The position numbers and the translations under genes are program-made. The notes beneath the pieces are model-generated. The model was given only the letters and a program-made list of their open reading frames with translations, was not told the DNA's origin and did not search any database. A stretch of 64,000 nucleotides of DNA from an uncultured Fibrobacteria bacterium (GTDB lineage Bacteria > Fibrobacterota > Fibrobacteria > UBA11236). The stretch is from NCBI GenBank assembly GCA_963716395.1, contig OY970309.1:1876402-1940401 (forward strand). Direction: 5' to 3'. Positions 38,996-49,800 of this stretch are shown piece after piece (within the stretch, counting starts at the first letter, position 1; each line of letters starts with the position of its first letter).

Positions 38996-40183
38996 ATGGC
39001 TTTCTCTCTGCGCGCACGCGCCTGGCGCTTCATTCTTCTCATGGGCTTCGTCAGCCTGTTCGCCGACATGGCCTACGAGGGCGCACGCGGCCTGGCCGGT
39101 CCCTTTCTGTATTCACTCGGAGCTTCGGCCGCGGTGGTGGGCATGGTCTCGGGCCTGGGGGAATTGGTCGGCTACGCCTTGCGCGTGGTGTTCGGCGCCT
39201 GGAGCCAGCGCACGGGGCGGCATTGGTTCTTCGCCTTGGTGGGCTATGCCGTCAACCTCTGCGCCGTGCCGCTGTTGGCCCTGGCCACCACCTGGCCCGT
39301 AGCCGCGGCGTTACTGGTCTGCGAACGGCTGGGCAAGGCCGTGCGCAGCCCTTCCAAAGACAAGCTCTTGTCGCACGCAGCCGCGGCCGTGGGGCACGGC
39401 AAGGGATTCGGCTTTCATGAAGCCATGGACCAAACCGGCGCCGTGGCCGGGCCCCTGCTCGGTGCCTTGGGGCTGGCGTGGTGGGGCTACCGCGGCGCCT
39501 TCGGCGTGCTGGTTTTTCCGGTGCTGGCGGCCCTTTCCGTCCTGGCGGTGGGGCGTTTCGTGTTTCCCAAGCCGGAACAATTGGAAATCGCGGCGACGGA
39601 TAAAAACGCACCGGACGGGAAACTTCCCCGCGTCTTCTGGATTTACCTCGCAGCCGCGGCCTTGCTGGCCTTCGGGTACGCCGACTTTCCCCTCATCGCC
39701 TATCACTGGCGCAAGGCTTCGCTGCTCGGGGCGGCGCAGGTACCGCTGGCCTATGCCGCGGCCATGGGCGTCGATGCCGTGGCCGCCTTGCTGTTCGGCA
39801 TCTGGTTCGACCGCGTCGGGCTCAAGCTGCTGCCGCTGTCGGCCCTCCTGGCCGGCGCGGCCGTGCCCTTGGTTTTTTCCACCCGCCTGCTTTTCTGCGG
39901 TATCGGTATTGTGCTGTGGGGCCTGGCCCTGGGAGCGCAGGAAAGCACGCTCAAAGCCGGCATCGCCAAACAAATTCCGGCCGGCCAAAGGGCCGGAGCC
40001 TACGGGATTTTCCATGCGGCCTTCGGCGTCGCCTGGTTTTTGGGCAGCGCGGCCATGGGCTGGCTTTACGATTGGAAGCGCGGCGCGGTGGTGGCGTTGG
40101 CCGTGACGGCGCAAGCCGCGGCGGCTTTGGTTTTTTTCTGGGCCGGAAAAGCCGCAGCAACGCGTTTTCCGGCTCCTGCTTGA
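38996..40183 (+). CDS. MFS transporter
   Basis: 395 aa; 12 predicted TM segments in two 6-helix halves; central loop GKAVRSPSKDKLLSH. Confidence 0.8.
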   Translation: MAFSLRARAWRFILLMGFVSLFADMAYEGARGLAGPFLYSLGASAAVVGMVSGLGELVGYALRVVFGAWSQRTGRHWFFALVGYAVNLCAVPLLALATTWPVAAALLVCERLGKAVRSPSKDKLLSHAAAAVGHGKGFGFHEAMDQTGAVAGPLLGALGLAWWGYRGAFGVLVFPVLAALSVLAVGRFVFPKPEQLEIAATDKNAPDGKLPRVFWIYLAAAALLAFGYADFPLIAYHWRKASLLGAAQVPLAYAAAMGVDAVAALLFGIWFDRVGLKLLPLSALLAGAAVPLVFSTRLLFCGIGIVLWGLALGAQESTLKAGIAKQIPAGQRAGAYGIFHAAFGVAWFLGSAAMGWLYDWKRGAVVALAVTAQAAAALVFFWAGKAAATRFPAPA

Positions 40184-40208
40184 CTCAAGTAGCTACCGTA
40201 GCTACTAT
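40180..40208 (+). promoter_or_regulatory. vapBC promoter with tandem palindromic operator
   Basis: TTGACT, a 17-bp spacer containing GTAGCTAC-C-GTAGCTAC, then TACTAT; the ATG follows about 6 nt later, so the transcript is probably leaderless. Confidence 0.5.
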
Positions 40209-40214
40209 ACGGGT

Positions 40215-40526
40215 ATGAAGTCGGTCGGCATCAAAAACCTGAAGAACGGCCTGAGCCGGTATATCGATATGGTGCGCGCAGGCGAAGTGGTGTATGTGAC
40301 CGATCGCGACGAAATCGTGGCCGAAATCCACAAGCCCGTGAGCGCGCCCACGCGCATGCTTTCGCGCTGGGAGGCGTTTCTGAACGAGGAAGAACGCAAG
40401 GGGTCGATCCGGCGGGCACAACCCGTCAACCCGTTGTTCTTCGAGAATTTGAAGAAATTGAAACCGCTACCCGGAACTCCGCATCTGCAGAAGCTCTTGG
40501 ACGAAACGCGCGCCGAGCGATTTTAA
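40215..40526 (+). CDS. Type II antitoxin (Phd/YefM- or VapB-like)
   Basis: 103 aa; N-terminus IKNLKNGLSRYIDMVRAGEVVYVTDRDEIVAEI typical of Phd/YefM-type antitoxins; immediately upstream of a PIN-domain gene. Confidence 0.7.
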   Translation: MKSVGIKNLKNGLSRYIDMVRAGEVVYVTDRDEIVAEIHKPVSAPTRMLSRWEAFLNEEERKGSIRRAQPVNPLFFENLKKLKPLPGTPHLQKLLDETRAERF

Positions 40527-40527
40527 C

Positions 40528-40974
40528 GTGAGCAAGGCCTATTTCGATTCCAGCGTGGTGCTGGCCATGCTCCTGGCCGAACCCAATGGATCGGAAGCGG
40601 CCGAAATCTGGAATTCGCACGCGGTAAAACTTGCCTCGGTGCTTTTGTCCGCCGAATGCACGATCAACCTGCGCCGCTACCACGCGCAGGCGACGCGTAG
40701 TCCGGCGGGATGGTTGCAGCGCATCGAATCCTATTTCGATGAAATCTATGGCGGCCTTGTGACCAAGGAAGTGGATGGGGAAATATTGGCCATCATCCGG
40801 CGCGAAAAAATCCTCGCGGAGTGCCGTACGCTCGACGCCATTCATCTGGCCACGGCCCTTTACTTTCGGGAAAAAGCCGAAGAAGACATCCGCATGGTTT
40901 CCTTTGACCGTCGATTCTCTGAAACCGCGCGCCGGCTCAAGTTCAAGGTGGTTTCCAGCGCTGCGGCCCGATGA
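40528..40974 (+). CDS. vapC: PIN-domain toxin (VapC-like ribonuclease)
   Basis: 148 aa; GTG start 1 nt after the antitoxin stop; PIN acidic residues (YFDSS..., LDAIHLATAL). Confidence 0.8.
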   Translation: MSKAYFDSSVVLAMLLAEPNGSEAAEIWNSHAVKLASVLLSAECTINLRRYHAQATRSPAGWLQRIESYFDEIYGGLVTKEVDGEILAIIRREKILAECRTLDAIHLATALYFREKAEEDIRMVSFDRRFSETARRLKFKVVSSAAAR

Positions 40975-41074
40975 ACCTAAAACCGCCGCCACGACACTCA
41001 ACGAAGCTGCGCTCGATAGTAACCGCTGGCCGCAAACGGCTTCCCTTTCCGAACTACTTTTGCCCTTGAGCCCC

Positions 41075-42517
41075 ATGCAGCAGCCCACCGATCAATACGA
41101 CAACCCCTTGATTCGCCGTTACGCTTCGGCGCCCATGAGCTTTCTCTTCTCGCCGCAGTTCAAACATTCCACCTGGCGCAAATTGTGGGTCCACCTGGCC
41201 GAGGCCGAGCAGGCGCTGGGGCTGCCCATCACCGACGCGCAAATCGCCGAACTCAAGGCGCATGTCGACGACATCGATTTCGCCGAGGCCGAACGCCAGG
41301 AACGCAAGGTGCGCCACGACGTGATGGCGCATGTGCATGCCTATGCCCAGCAATGTCCCCAGGCGGCGGGCATCATCCATCTCGGAGCCACGTCGGCCTA
41401 TGTCACCGACAACACCGATTTGATCCAGATGCAAGACGGCTTGAATCTCTTGCGTCGGCGCACCTTGCGCGTGATCGCGGCCCTGGCCGAATTCGCGCGC
41501 CGTTGGAAAGATCAACCCGCGCTCGGGTTCACGCATTTTCAACCCGCGCAACCGGTCACGGTGGGCAAGCGCGCCTGTTTGTGGATGCAGGATTTTCTCT
41601 TCGACGCCGAAGACCTCGACCGCCTGGCGCAAGGCCTGCCCTTTCTCGGGGTCAAGGGCACCACGGGCACGCAGGCCAGTTTCCTGGAATTGTTCGCCGG
41701 CGATCACGACAAGGTGAAAAAGCTCGACGCCGAGGTCACGCGCCGCGCCGGGTTCGTGCGTAACCTGCCGGTTTCGGGTCAGACCTACACCCGCAAACTC
41801 GACGCCCAGGTTTTGGCCGCGCTGTCGGGGCTGGCGCAAACGCTGGCGAAGTTTTCCACCGACCTGCGCCTTTTGCAGCATCTCAAGGAAATCGAAGAAC
41901 CCTTTGAAAGCGGGCAAATCGGATCGTCGGCCATGGCCTATAAGCGCAATCCCATGCGCTGCGAACGCATCGGATCGCTGGCCCGCTTCGTGGAATCGCT
42001 GTCGGCGTCGACCGCCTTCACCGCGTCGACCCAATGGTTCGAGCGCACGCTCGACGATTCGGCCAACAAGCGGCTGGCCGTGGCCCAGGCCTTTCTCGCC
42101 GCCGACGCCATGCTGCTGTTGGCCGAAAACGTGGCCTCGGGGCTGGTGGTGCATCCGCGGGTCATCGAACGCCGGCTGGCCGAAGAGCTTCCCTTTCTCG
42201 CCACCGAAAATATTCTCATGGATGCGGTGAAGCGCGGCGGCCACCGCCAGGAATTGCACGAACGCATTCGCGTACATGCGCAAGAGGCCGCGCGCCGCGT
42301 CAAGGACGACGGCTTGGAAAACGATTTGCTCGACCGCATCGCCGCCGATCCCGCTTTCGCCATCGACGCCGCGGCCCTGCGGCGCGAACTGGATCCGCGC
42401 CGCTATACGGGCCGCGCGGCGGCGCAGACCGAGGAATTTTTGCGCGATCACGTGGATCCGTTGTTGGCCCGCGATGCTTCCTGGAAAGACCTGGAATCGC
42501 CGGCGCTGCGGGTGTAA
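41075..42517 (+). CDS. purB: Adenylosuccinate lyase
   Basis: ORF 40775..42517; start placed at Met 101 (MQQPTDQYDNPLIRRYAS...); fumarate-lyase signature region (GSSAMAYKRNPMRCERI). Confidence 0.95.
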   Translation: MQQPTDQYDNPLIRRYASAPMSFLFSPQFKHSTWRKLWVHLAEAEQALGLPITDAQIAELKAHVDDIDFAEAERQERKVRHDVMAHVHAYAQQCPQAAGIIHLGATSAYVTDNTDLIQMQDGLNLLRRRTLRVIAALAEFARRWKDQPALGFTHFQPAQPVTVGKRACLWMQDFLFDAEDLDRLAQGLPFLGVKGTTGTQASFLELFAGDHDKVKKLDAEVTRRAGFVRNLPVSGQTYTRKLDAQVLAALSGLAQTLAKFSTDLRLLQHLKEIEEPFESGQIGSSAMAYKRNPMRCERIGSLARFVESLSASTAFTASTQWFERTLDDSANKRLAVAQAFLAADAMLLLAENVASGLVVHPRVIERRLAEELPFLATENILMDAVKRGGHRQELHERIRVHAQEAARRVKDDGLENDLLDRIAADPAFAIDAAALRRELDPRRYTGRAAAQTEEFLRDHVDPLLARDASWKDLESPALRV

Positions 42518-42536
42518 CGATTTCGTTACCTGGGCA

Positions 42537-43316
42537 TTAAACCGCCGTAATCACCGTGCCCGCGGCCGGTCTGCCTTCCAGGCGCGCGCGCAGCGCGGCT
42601 TCGCCGGCAAAACCGCAGATATGCACTTCACCCACGCCGGTTTCCGCGGCCTGCAGGCACGAACGCAGTTTCGGGAGGATGCCGCCCGTGGCCGCTCCCG
42701 CCGCGATCAGGGTTTCGATGCCGGCGCGGTTCAAGCGCGCCAGGGTTTGTCCGGCGGCGTCGAGCACGCCCGGCACGTCGGAAATGAAAATCAGTTTTTC
42801 CGCCCCCAGGGCCACGGCTACGGCCGAAGCCGCGTCGTCGGCGTTCACGTTGTAAGACTCTTGCGCCGCATCCACCGAAACCGGCGAGAGCACGGGCAAA
42901 AATCCCGACCGTAACAAGACGGTTACGAGCCCGGGGCGGACTTCGGACACGGCGCCCACCCGGCCCAGTTCGGCGGAAATCGGCCGGCAGATCAAAATGG
43001 GGCCGTCGACGCCACTGAGGCCGCAGGCCGCCACGCCCCGCCGTTGCAGGCGGCGGACCAAATCTTTGTTCACGTGGCCCGACAAAGTCATTTCCACCAC
43101 TTCCATGGCCGCGGGACTCGTGACCCGCAACCCGTCGCGAAAGCGGGGCTCTTCACCCAGCCATTGCAGGTTCCGGTTGATGTCTTTGCCGCCGCCATGG
43201 CACAGCAACAGGTTCCCGCGTTCCCGGTGATGGGCCGCCAAGACGCCGCATAACGCGTCGAGCCGGCCGCGGTCCTCCATCAGGGAACCGCCGATTTTCA
43301 CCACCGTGGGATTCAC
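42537..43316 (-). CDS. argB: Acetylglutamate kinase
   Basis: ORF 42537..43544; start placed at GTG (VNPTVVKIGGS...) overlapping the argC stop as GTGA; amino-acid kinase motifs (CHGGG, NVNAD). Confidence 0.9.
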   Translation of the reverse strand: MNPTVVKIGGSLMEDRGRLDALCGVLAAHHRERGNLLLCHGGGKDINRNLQWLGEEPRFRDGLRVTSPAAMEVVEMTLSGHVNKDLVRRLQRRGVAACGLSGVDGPILICRPISAELGRVGAVSEVRPGLVTVLLRSGFLPVLSPVSVDAAQESYNVNADDAASAVAVALGAEKLIFISDVPGVLDAAGQTLARLNRAGIETLIAAGAATGGILPKLRSCLQAAETGVGEVHICGFAGEAALRARLEGRPAAGTVITAV

Positions 43317-44338
43317 AGAAGGCCCAGGGTTTCTTCCAGGCCGAAGGCGATGTTCAGGTTTTGCAGCGCCTGGCCCGAAGCGCCTTTCACCATGTTGTCG
43401 AGCACCGACACGATGATAAGATGCGTCGTGCCGGCGGGCTGATAGGCCTTGAAGCGGCACTCGTTGCTGCGCGCCACGTCGGCCGTGGCGGGAAAATCCG
43501 GCATGACCTTGACGAAGGGAGAACCGGCGTAGGCCTGGCGCCAAACGGCTTCGGCGTCGTCCGCGCTGCGGCCCGGTTTCAGTTCGGCGTAAATCGTCGA
43601 GAGAATGCCGCGCTCCATGGGAACGAGATGGGGAGTAAACAAAGGCGTTACCCCGGTGCCGGCCGCGGCGGAAAGTTGGGCCGAGATTTCGGGCAAATGC
43701 CGGTGGCGATCCCCGACCTGATAGGCGGAAAAATTTTCATGGCAGAACACGAAGTGGGTGCCTTCGGTGGCTTTGCGTCCCGCGCCCGACACGCCCGATT
43801 TGGAATCGGCGATGAGGCCGCGGCTTGCGACGACCCCCTCGCGCAAGAGCGGAATCAGGGGCAACAGAATCGACGTGGGGTAGCAGCCGGGATTGGCCAC
43901 GAGCCTGGCCTGGGCGATGCGGCGGCGGTGAATTTCGCTGAGGCCATATACGGACGCATGTGCGGGGTTGGGCATGGTTGCGGCATGCGTGGGAATCGCG
44001 GCCGGGTCGGCCAGGCGGAAATCGGCCGAAAGATCGATGATGCGCGTCCCCGCTTGCGCCAAAAACGGTTCCAGGGCGGCGGCCGAAGCGCCATGCGGCA
44101 AGCAGGAAAACACCGCGTCCGGAGGCGTGCGTTTTTGGGCCTCGACTGTCGGGATAAGACGCGAAACCGCGGCGGAAAGGTGGCCGGCGAAAGCGCGGTA
44201 AACCTGGGCATAATCGGTTCCGGCCTGGGATTCAGAGCCGAGCCAGGCCAATTCCACCTGCGGATGCCGCAGCAGCAGCCGCACCAATTCGGCGCCGGCC
44301 AGCCCCGTGGCGCCCAGAATTCCCACCGTAATTTTCAT
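43313..44338 (-). CDS. argC: N-acetyl-gamma-glutamyl-phosphate reductase
   Basis: ORF 43313..44359; start placed at Met 8 (MKITVGILGATGLAG, NAD-binding fold); catalytic Cys region (LVANPGCYPTS). Confidence 0.95.
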   Translation of the reverse strand: MKITVGILGATGLAGAELVRLLLRHPQVELAWLGSESQAGTDYAQVYRAFAGHLSAAVSRLIPTVEAQKRTPPDAVFSCLPHGASAAALEPFLAQAGTRIIDLSADFRLADPAAIPTHAATMPNPAHASVYGLSEIHRRRIAQARLVANPGCYPTSILLPLIPLLREGVVASRGLIADSKSGVSGAGRKATEGTHFVFCHENFSAYQVGDRHRHLPEISAQLSAAAGTGVTPLFTPHLVPMERGILSTIYAELKPGRSADDAEAVWRQAYAGSPFVKVMPDFPATADVARSNECRFKAYQPAGTTHLIIVSVLDNMVKGASGQALQNLNIAFGLEETLGLL

Positions 44339-44576
44339 CGCGGAAAAAGTAGCAAGCACCCCTGGGACGCCACGAAATCAGCTTATTCCCAGGGTTGGCC
44401 ATGCTTGCATGGCTTGGCGGTTTCGAGTACCTTTATCGGTATATAACTGCGCGATGTCTTGGCATATCCGGCCGATCCTCTTGCCGAAATGAAAAATTCA
44501 CCGGACAATGAACCAGAGTTCAGGCGGCAACGGAGCGCGAAGACTGATGATGCGGTAAAGTGAATAGGAGTAGGAA

Positions 44577-44807
44577 ATGGCGGCCGTCACCAAGGTTTGG
44601 TTGGATGAAAGCGAAAACGAATGCACCATGTGCGGCGCATGTGAAGCCACGTGCCCCGAGGTATTCGAAGTTCCCGAAAAAATGGTAGTGAAAGACGGGG
44701 CGGATTTGACCTTGACCCAGCAAATCGTGGAAGCCGCCGAGGGCTGTCCCGTGGGTACCATCGCCATCGAATACGACGCCAGCGGCAAGCGCGACAATCC
44801 AGCCTAA
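44577..44807 (+). CDS. Small ferredoxin (single Fe-S cluster type)
   Basis: 76 aa; CTMCGACEATCP (CxxCxxCxxxCP) plus a distal Cys; GGAGTAGGA RBS. Confidence 0.8.
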   Translation: MAAVTKVWLDESENECTMCGACEATCPEVFEVPEKMVVKDGADLTLTQQIVEAAEGCPVGTIAIEYDASGKRDNPA

Positions 44808-44973
44808 AATTCCGCTGCGTCGAGTTGCAATCGACTCGGACCTTTTTCCCATCTCCAATCCGATCCGAAATCTCATCTGCGCAGGCGGATGGGGTTGTTC
44901 CCCGCATCTTTCGCACCGCACGGGATCGGGGTGGCTATATTTACTTCCCCGTTTTTTCCGGGGCAGGTTCGTT

Positions 44974-46857
44974 TTGCAATCCCTGTATGAATATCTCGCG
45001 TCGGCTCCCAAAAGCCATTTGGCCAAATTACACCGGCGCGATCACCCCACGGCCGGTCTGCAACAATCGGCACGGGTCATCGAAGGCGTGCAGGCGCGCG
45101 CGCTGGACCCGGACCGCTTGCAAGAGGTGCTGGCCAATTCCGATCGCGAGGCGCGGCGGCTGCTTTTGGCCGTGTACGCCGCGGAAGAGCGCGGTCTCTT
45201 TGAGACCGAGCTGCAACGGGGATGCCCCACCGGACCGTCGCAGGCAAGTTACTTCTTGGCCGGGCTCGAATACGAATTGCTGGTGTTCAGCCGCGAAAGC
45301 GAATCGCGCAGCTACCATGGGTTTCGCGAATTGGCACCCATGCTCCTGCCCGCTTTGCTGGCCGAATTCGCCCCGGTCGAGGCCGGCCCGCCTTCGGGAG
45401 CGTGGGTTTCGAATGCGGCGCATGGTCTTTCGCACTTCTGCCATTTTCTGGCCAAGGCCGCGCGTGGTGAATTGCGCCTGACCCAGGCCAAAGAACTGCA
45501 TCGCAAAAGCTTGCAGGATTTGGCCCAGGGTTTTTCCTCGGGGCATTCCCTCTCGGATGCGGCGGCGGAGGAAGAAACGGTATTTCTGTTCCGCTTCGGC
45601 GCCGAAGCGGAATTGTGGCGCGAAGACGACGGAATCCTGCGTTTGTCGGAGGCGGCCGAGGCCTGGCTCGAAGAAGGTCGCGCCGAATGGCGGCGGCGGT
45701 TGTGGGAATGGTGGTTGCGCCGCCGCGTGCGCGGCCTGTCGCGCACATTAGCCGCGCTGGCGCAGATGGAGAACGCCCCGGCGCCGGCGCATGCCGTGGG
45801 TGCGCTGGCCCCGATCTTTTCCGTCTACGAGGGCTGGGAATCTACCCGCGGCAAATCGGTTTCCGAGCTTTCCACGTGGGAAAATCTGCCGCGGACCCTG
45901 CGCGAGTTATGGATGATCGGCGGCGTGGATTTCGCCATGCACAAGGGACGGATCCGCTGGGTCCGTCTGCGCAACCCCGAGGAAGGCGTCGCGGGCGCGC
46001 CCGATCCGACCGAAGCCCCGCGCGGTCTGCCCAATCTCGAAGCTCTGGTTCCCGTGTCGGTACCGCTGCGCCGCCAATTCCAGGTCGAGTTGGTGGCCGG
46101 CCGCGCCAACGACGAGGTGCTGACGCGCTACCGCTTTACCAAGGATTCGGTGGTGCAGGGGTTGCAGGCCGGCATGACGGCCGAGGCGCTGCAGGAACTG
46201 GCCGCTTGGCTGGGATTCGAGGCTCCGGCACGGCGCACCTTATCCGACTGGGCGGCCGCCTACGTGACCGCCGTGTTTCGGGAAATTTTTGTGTTACGGG
46301 TGCGCGACCCCGAGCGCTTCCGCGAATTGCAGGAGTTTCCGCATTTCATGGAACTTGTGACCGAAACCATTCCAGACTACGGCTTCGTGCTGGCCCGGGC
46401 CGACAAAGCGCGTGCGCGCGAATTGCTGCGCGTGTTCGACCTTTTGCCCGGCGAAGAAGCCTCGCCCGAGGCGGACCGCGGCCAGACCCTGGCTTTGGAG
46501 GCGGCTGATCCGCAATGGGCGCTGCCGGCCTTCCCGCACGGCGAAATCGCCTACCGACACGCGCTTCCCTTGCGACGCGAGTTGCCTTCGTTGGGCGAAC
46601 GCGAGCGCGGCGCGCGCGCCCGGGCCGAAGCCACCGTGGCCGACCGCATGCAGGTGCTCGAAGGCGCCATCCGCCTGCAAAAGACCGTCGAGTTCACCTA
46701 TAACGGCGCCGTCGGCAAACGCATCCAGGTGCAGCCCCTGCACGTGCTGCGCAACCGCGACCCCATCAAGCTCATCGCCGTGGAGCTGGGCAGCGGCCAT
46801 CGCAACGAGTATTTGCTCGACCAGGTGCAGGGTCTGCATCTGGTCGAGGCCGGCTGA
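44974..46857 (+). CDS. Hypothetical 627-aa protein with possible C-terminal WYL-like domain, translationally coupled to dnaE
   Basis: Long ORF beginning at TTG (true start uncertain); stop lies 1 nt before the dnaE ATG; C-terminal ~70 aa loosely resemble a WYL ligand-binding domain. Confidence 0.5.
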   Translation: MQSLYEYLASAPKSHLAKLHRRDHPTAGLQQSARVIEGVQARALDPDRLQEVLANSDREARRLLLAVYAAEERGLFETELQRGCPTGPSQASYFLAGLEYELLVFSRESESRSYHGFRELAPMLLPALLAEFAPVEAGPPSGAWVSNAAHGLSHFCHFLAKAARGELRLTQAKELHRKSLQDLAQGFSSGHSLSDAAAEEETVFLFRFGAEAELWREDDGILRLSEAAEAWLEEGRAEWRRRLWEWWLRRRVRGLSRTLAALAQMENAPAPAHAVGALAPIFSVYEGWESTRGKSVSELSTWENLPRTLRELWMIGGVDFAMHKGRIRWVRLRNPEEGVAGAPDPTEAPRGLPNLEALVPVSVPLRRQFQVELVAGRANDEVLTRYRFTKDSVVQGLQAGMTAEALQELAAWLGFEAPARRTLSDWAAAYVTAVFREIFVLRVRDPERFRELQEFPHFMELVTETIPDYGFVLARADKARARELLRVFDLLPGEEASPEADRGQTLALEAADPQWALPAFPHGEIAYRHALPLRRELPSLGERERGARARAEATVADRMQVLEGAIRLQKTVEFTYNGAVGKRIQVQPLHVLRNRDPIKLIAVELGSGHRNEYLLDQVQGLHLVEAG

Positions 46858-46858
46858 C

Positions 46859-49800
46859 ATGGCGACTCCCTTCGCGCATCTGCACGTGCATTCGGAGTAT
46901 TCGCTGCTCCGCTCCACCGCGCGCCTCCCCGGACTCATCGCCCAGGCCAAAGCCGCGGGACAAACCGCCTTGGCCCTCACCGATCACGGCAACATGTTCG
47001 GCATGCTCGAGTTCTACACGGCCGCGCACAAAGCCGGCCTCAAGCCCATCCTCGGATGCGATTTGTACATGGCGCCCGACCACCGCCGCAACCAGGTGTA
47101 CGCGCCCGGCCAGCCGGCCTGGCACCAGGTGGTGGCGCTGGCCGAGAACGAAACCGGGTACCGGAATCTCCTGGCCCTGTGTTCGGCGGGGCATCTCGAC
47201 GGCTTCTACCAGAAGCCGCGTATCGATCGCGCGGCCGTCGAGCAATGGCGTGAAGGGCTGTTTTTCCTCCTGCCCAACGTCGACAGCGAAGCCGGCTACC
47301 ACATCGTGCACGGGCAGGAGAAGAAGGCCCGCGAGATTTTGGATTTCTTCGCCGCCGCCTGCGGCCGCGACCGGGTCTTTCTCGGGGTGGAGGATCACGG
47401 CCGTCCCGAAGAGCGGGAGGTGAACCGGTTCTTCCTGAATCTCCACCACGAAGGTTGGTCTCTGGTCGCGGGCAACGACGTGCATTACGTGGCGCGCGCC
47501 GACGCCGAGGCCCACGACGTGCTACTGTGCATCGACGGCGGTTGGAAGTTGAACGACGCCCAACGGCCCCGGTTCGCCTCCGACCAGTACTATCTGCGAT
47601 CGGGCGCGGAGATGGCCGCCCTGCTCGCCGCCTATCCGGGCGCCCTGGAAAACACCGCCGCCTTGGCCGACGCCTGTTCGGTGACCATCGGATTCGGAAC
47701 CCTGTCGCACCCGAGTTTTCCCGTACCGGCCGGCTTCGCCGACGCCGACGCCTACCTGGCCCGTTTGGCCGAAGAGGGGTTGCCCCGGCGTTACGGGGAG
47801 CCGACGCCGGAGATGCGCGCGCGCCTGCGTTTCGAACTCGAAACCATGCGCCACATGCAAGTGGCGGGGTACATGCTGATCGTGCAGGATTTCATCAACG
47901 CCGCCAAGGCACGCGGCATACCGGTCGGCCCGGGCCGTGGCTCGGCGGTGGGGTCGCTGGTGTGTTACGCCGTGGGCATCACCGACGTCGATCCCCTGCG
48001 CTACCACTTGCTGTTCGAACGTTTTTTGAACCCCGAACGCGTGACCATGCCCGATATCGACACCGATTTTTCCGACAGCGGCCGCCAGGCCGTCATCGAA
48101 TACGTGGTGGAAAAATACGGCAAGGAATCGGTTGCGCAAATCGTGACCTACGGCCGGCTCAAAGCCAAGGCCGTGCTCAAAGACGTGGCGCGCGTGCTCG
48201 GCATCGATCACAAAGAGGTCGAGCGCCTCAACAAGTTCATTCCGCCGCTGGCCAAGGGGTTGCGCCGTCCCGCGGGCGATCCGACGCATGACGGCGTGTA
48301 CGCGTCGGATATCTCCGAGGTGAACCAGGCCATTGCCGCCGGGGGCGAACCCTACCGTCGCCTGTGGGAGCATGCGCAAAACCTCGAAGGCCTGGTGCGC
48401 CAGGCCGGCATGCACGCCGCGGCCGTGATCATCGCGCCGCGCGCCGTGGTGCACTTCGCGCCGCTGTTTCAGCAGCCCGGATCGAACCAAGTCATGATCC
48501 AGTACGACATGCGTTTTTCCGAGAGCATCGGGCTTTTGAAAATGGATTTTCTCGGACTGCGCAACCTGTCGGTGATCCAGGACGCCCTCCAGCAGATCGA
48601 AGAGAACCACGGCGTCGCGCTCGACCCGCTGCGGCTGCCCGAGGCCGATGCCAAAACCTTCGCCCTGTTGGGCCAGGGCCAGACGGTGGGCATCTTCCAG
48701 TTCGAATCGGCGGGCATGCAGGATTATTTGCGCAAGCTCAAGCCGTCGAGCCTCGAGGATCTCATCGCCATGAACGCGTTGTACCGCCCCGGCCCCATGG
48801 AGTTCATTCCGCAGTATATCGCCCGCAAAAACGGCCAGGAAGCGGTCGATATGTACCACGCCGATCTCGAACCGATTCTGCGCGAGACATACGGGGTCAT
48901 CGTCTACCAGGAACAGGTCATGCAGATCGCGCAGGTGCTGGCCGGCTTCACCTTGGGCGGCGCCGATTTGCTGCGCCGCGCCATGGGGAAAAAGGACGAG
49001 AAGAAGATGAAGGATCTCAAGCCCAAATTCATCGGCGGCGCCAAAGAGCGCGGCTATGATCCGGCGCTGGCGGAACGGCTGTGGGAAGTGCTGATTCCTT
49101 TTTCCAGCTACGCCTTCAACAAATCGCATTCCGCGGCCTACGCCTTCATCGCCTACCAGACCGCGTTTCTCAAGGCCAATTATCCGGCCGAGTTCATGGC
49201 CGCCAACATGAATTCCGAAATGCACGATACCACGCGCCTGGTGGTGCTGCTCAACGATTGCCGGCAATTGCATATTCCCGTGCGCTTTCCCGACGTGAAC
49301 CGCAGCGACGCGGTGTTCAAGGCCCGCGAGGGCGCCATCGTGTATGGTCTGGGCGGCATCAAGAACGTGGGCGTGGGCGCGGTGGAACGCATCGTGGCCG
49401 AGCGGCGCGCGCGCGGACCGTTCACCTCGCTGTTCGATCTCTGCAAGCGCGTCGACGCGCATGTGCTGAACCGCCGCGCGCTGGAGTCGCTCATCTTCGC
49501 GGGCGCGCTGCCCGACGAGATTCCCGGCAACCGCGCGCAGCAATTCGCCGCTGTGGAAACCGCGCTGGCCTGGGCCGCCGGACGGCAGGCCGATCGCGAG
49601 CGGGGCCAGGTCAGCCTGTTCGAAGCGGGCGGCGGCGCGGCGCTGGAGACGGGGGAGCCCGTGCTGCCCGACGTCGACGCCTGGCCGTACCCGGAAATGC
49701 TGGAAAAAGAAAAAGAGGTGCTCGGCCTTTACCTCTCCGGCCATCCGCTGGAACCGTATCGCGCCGAACTCGAAGCCTTCGCCACCGCGCCGCTGGATCC

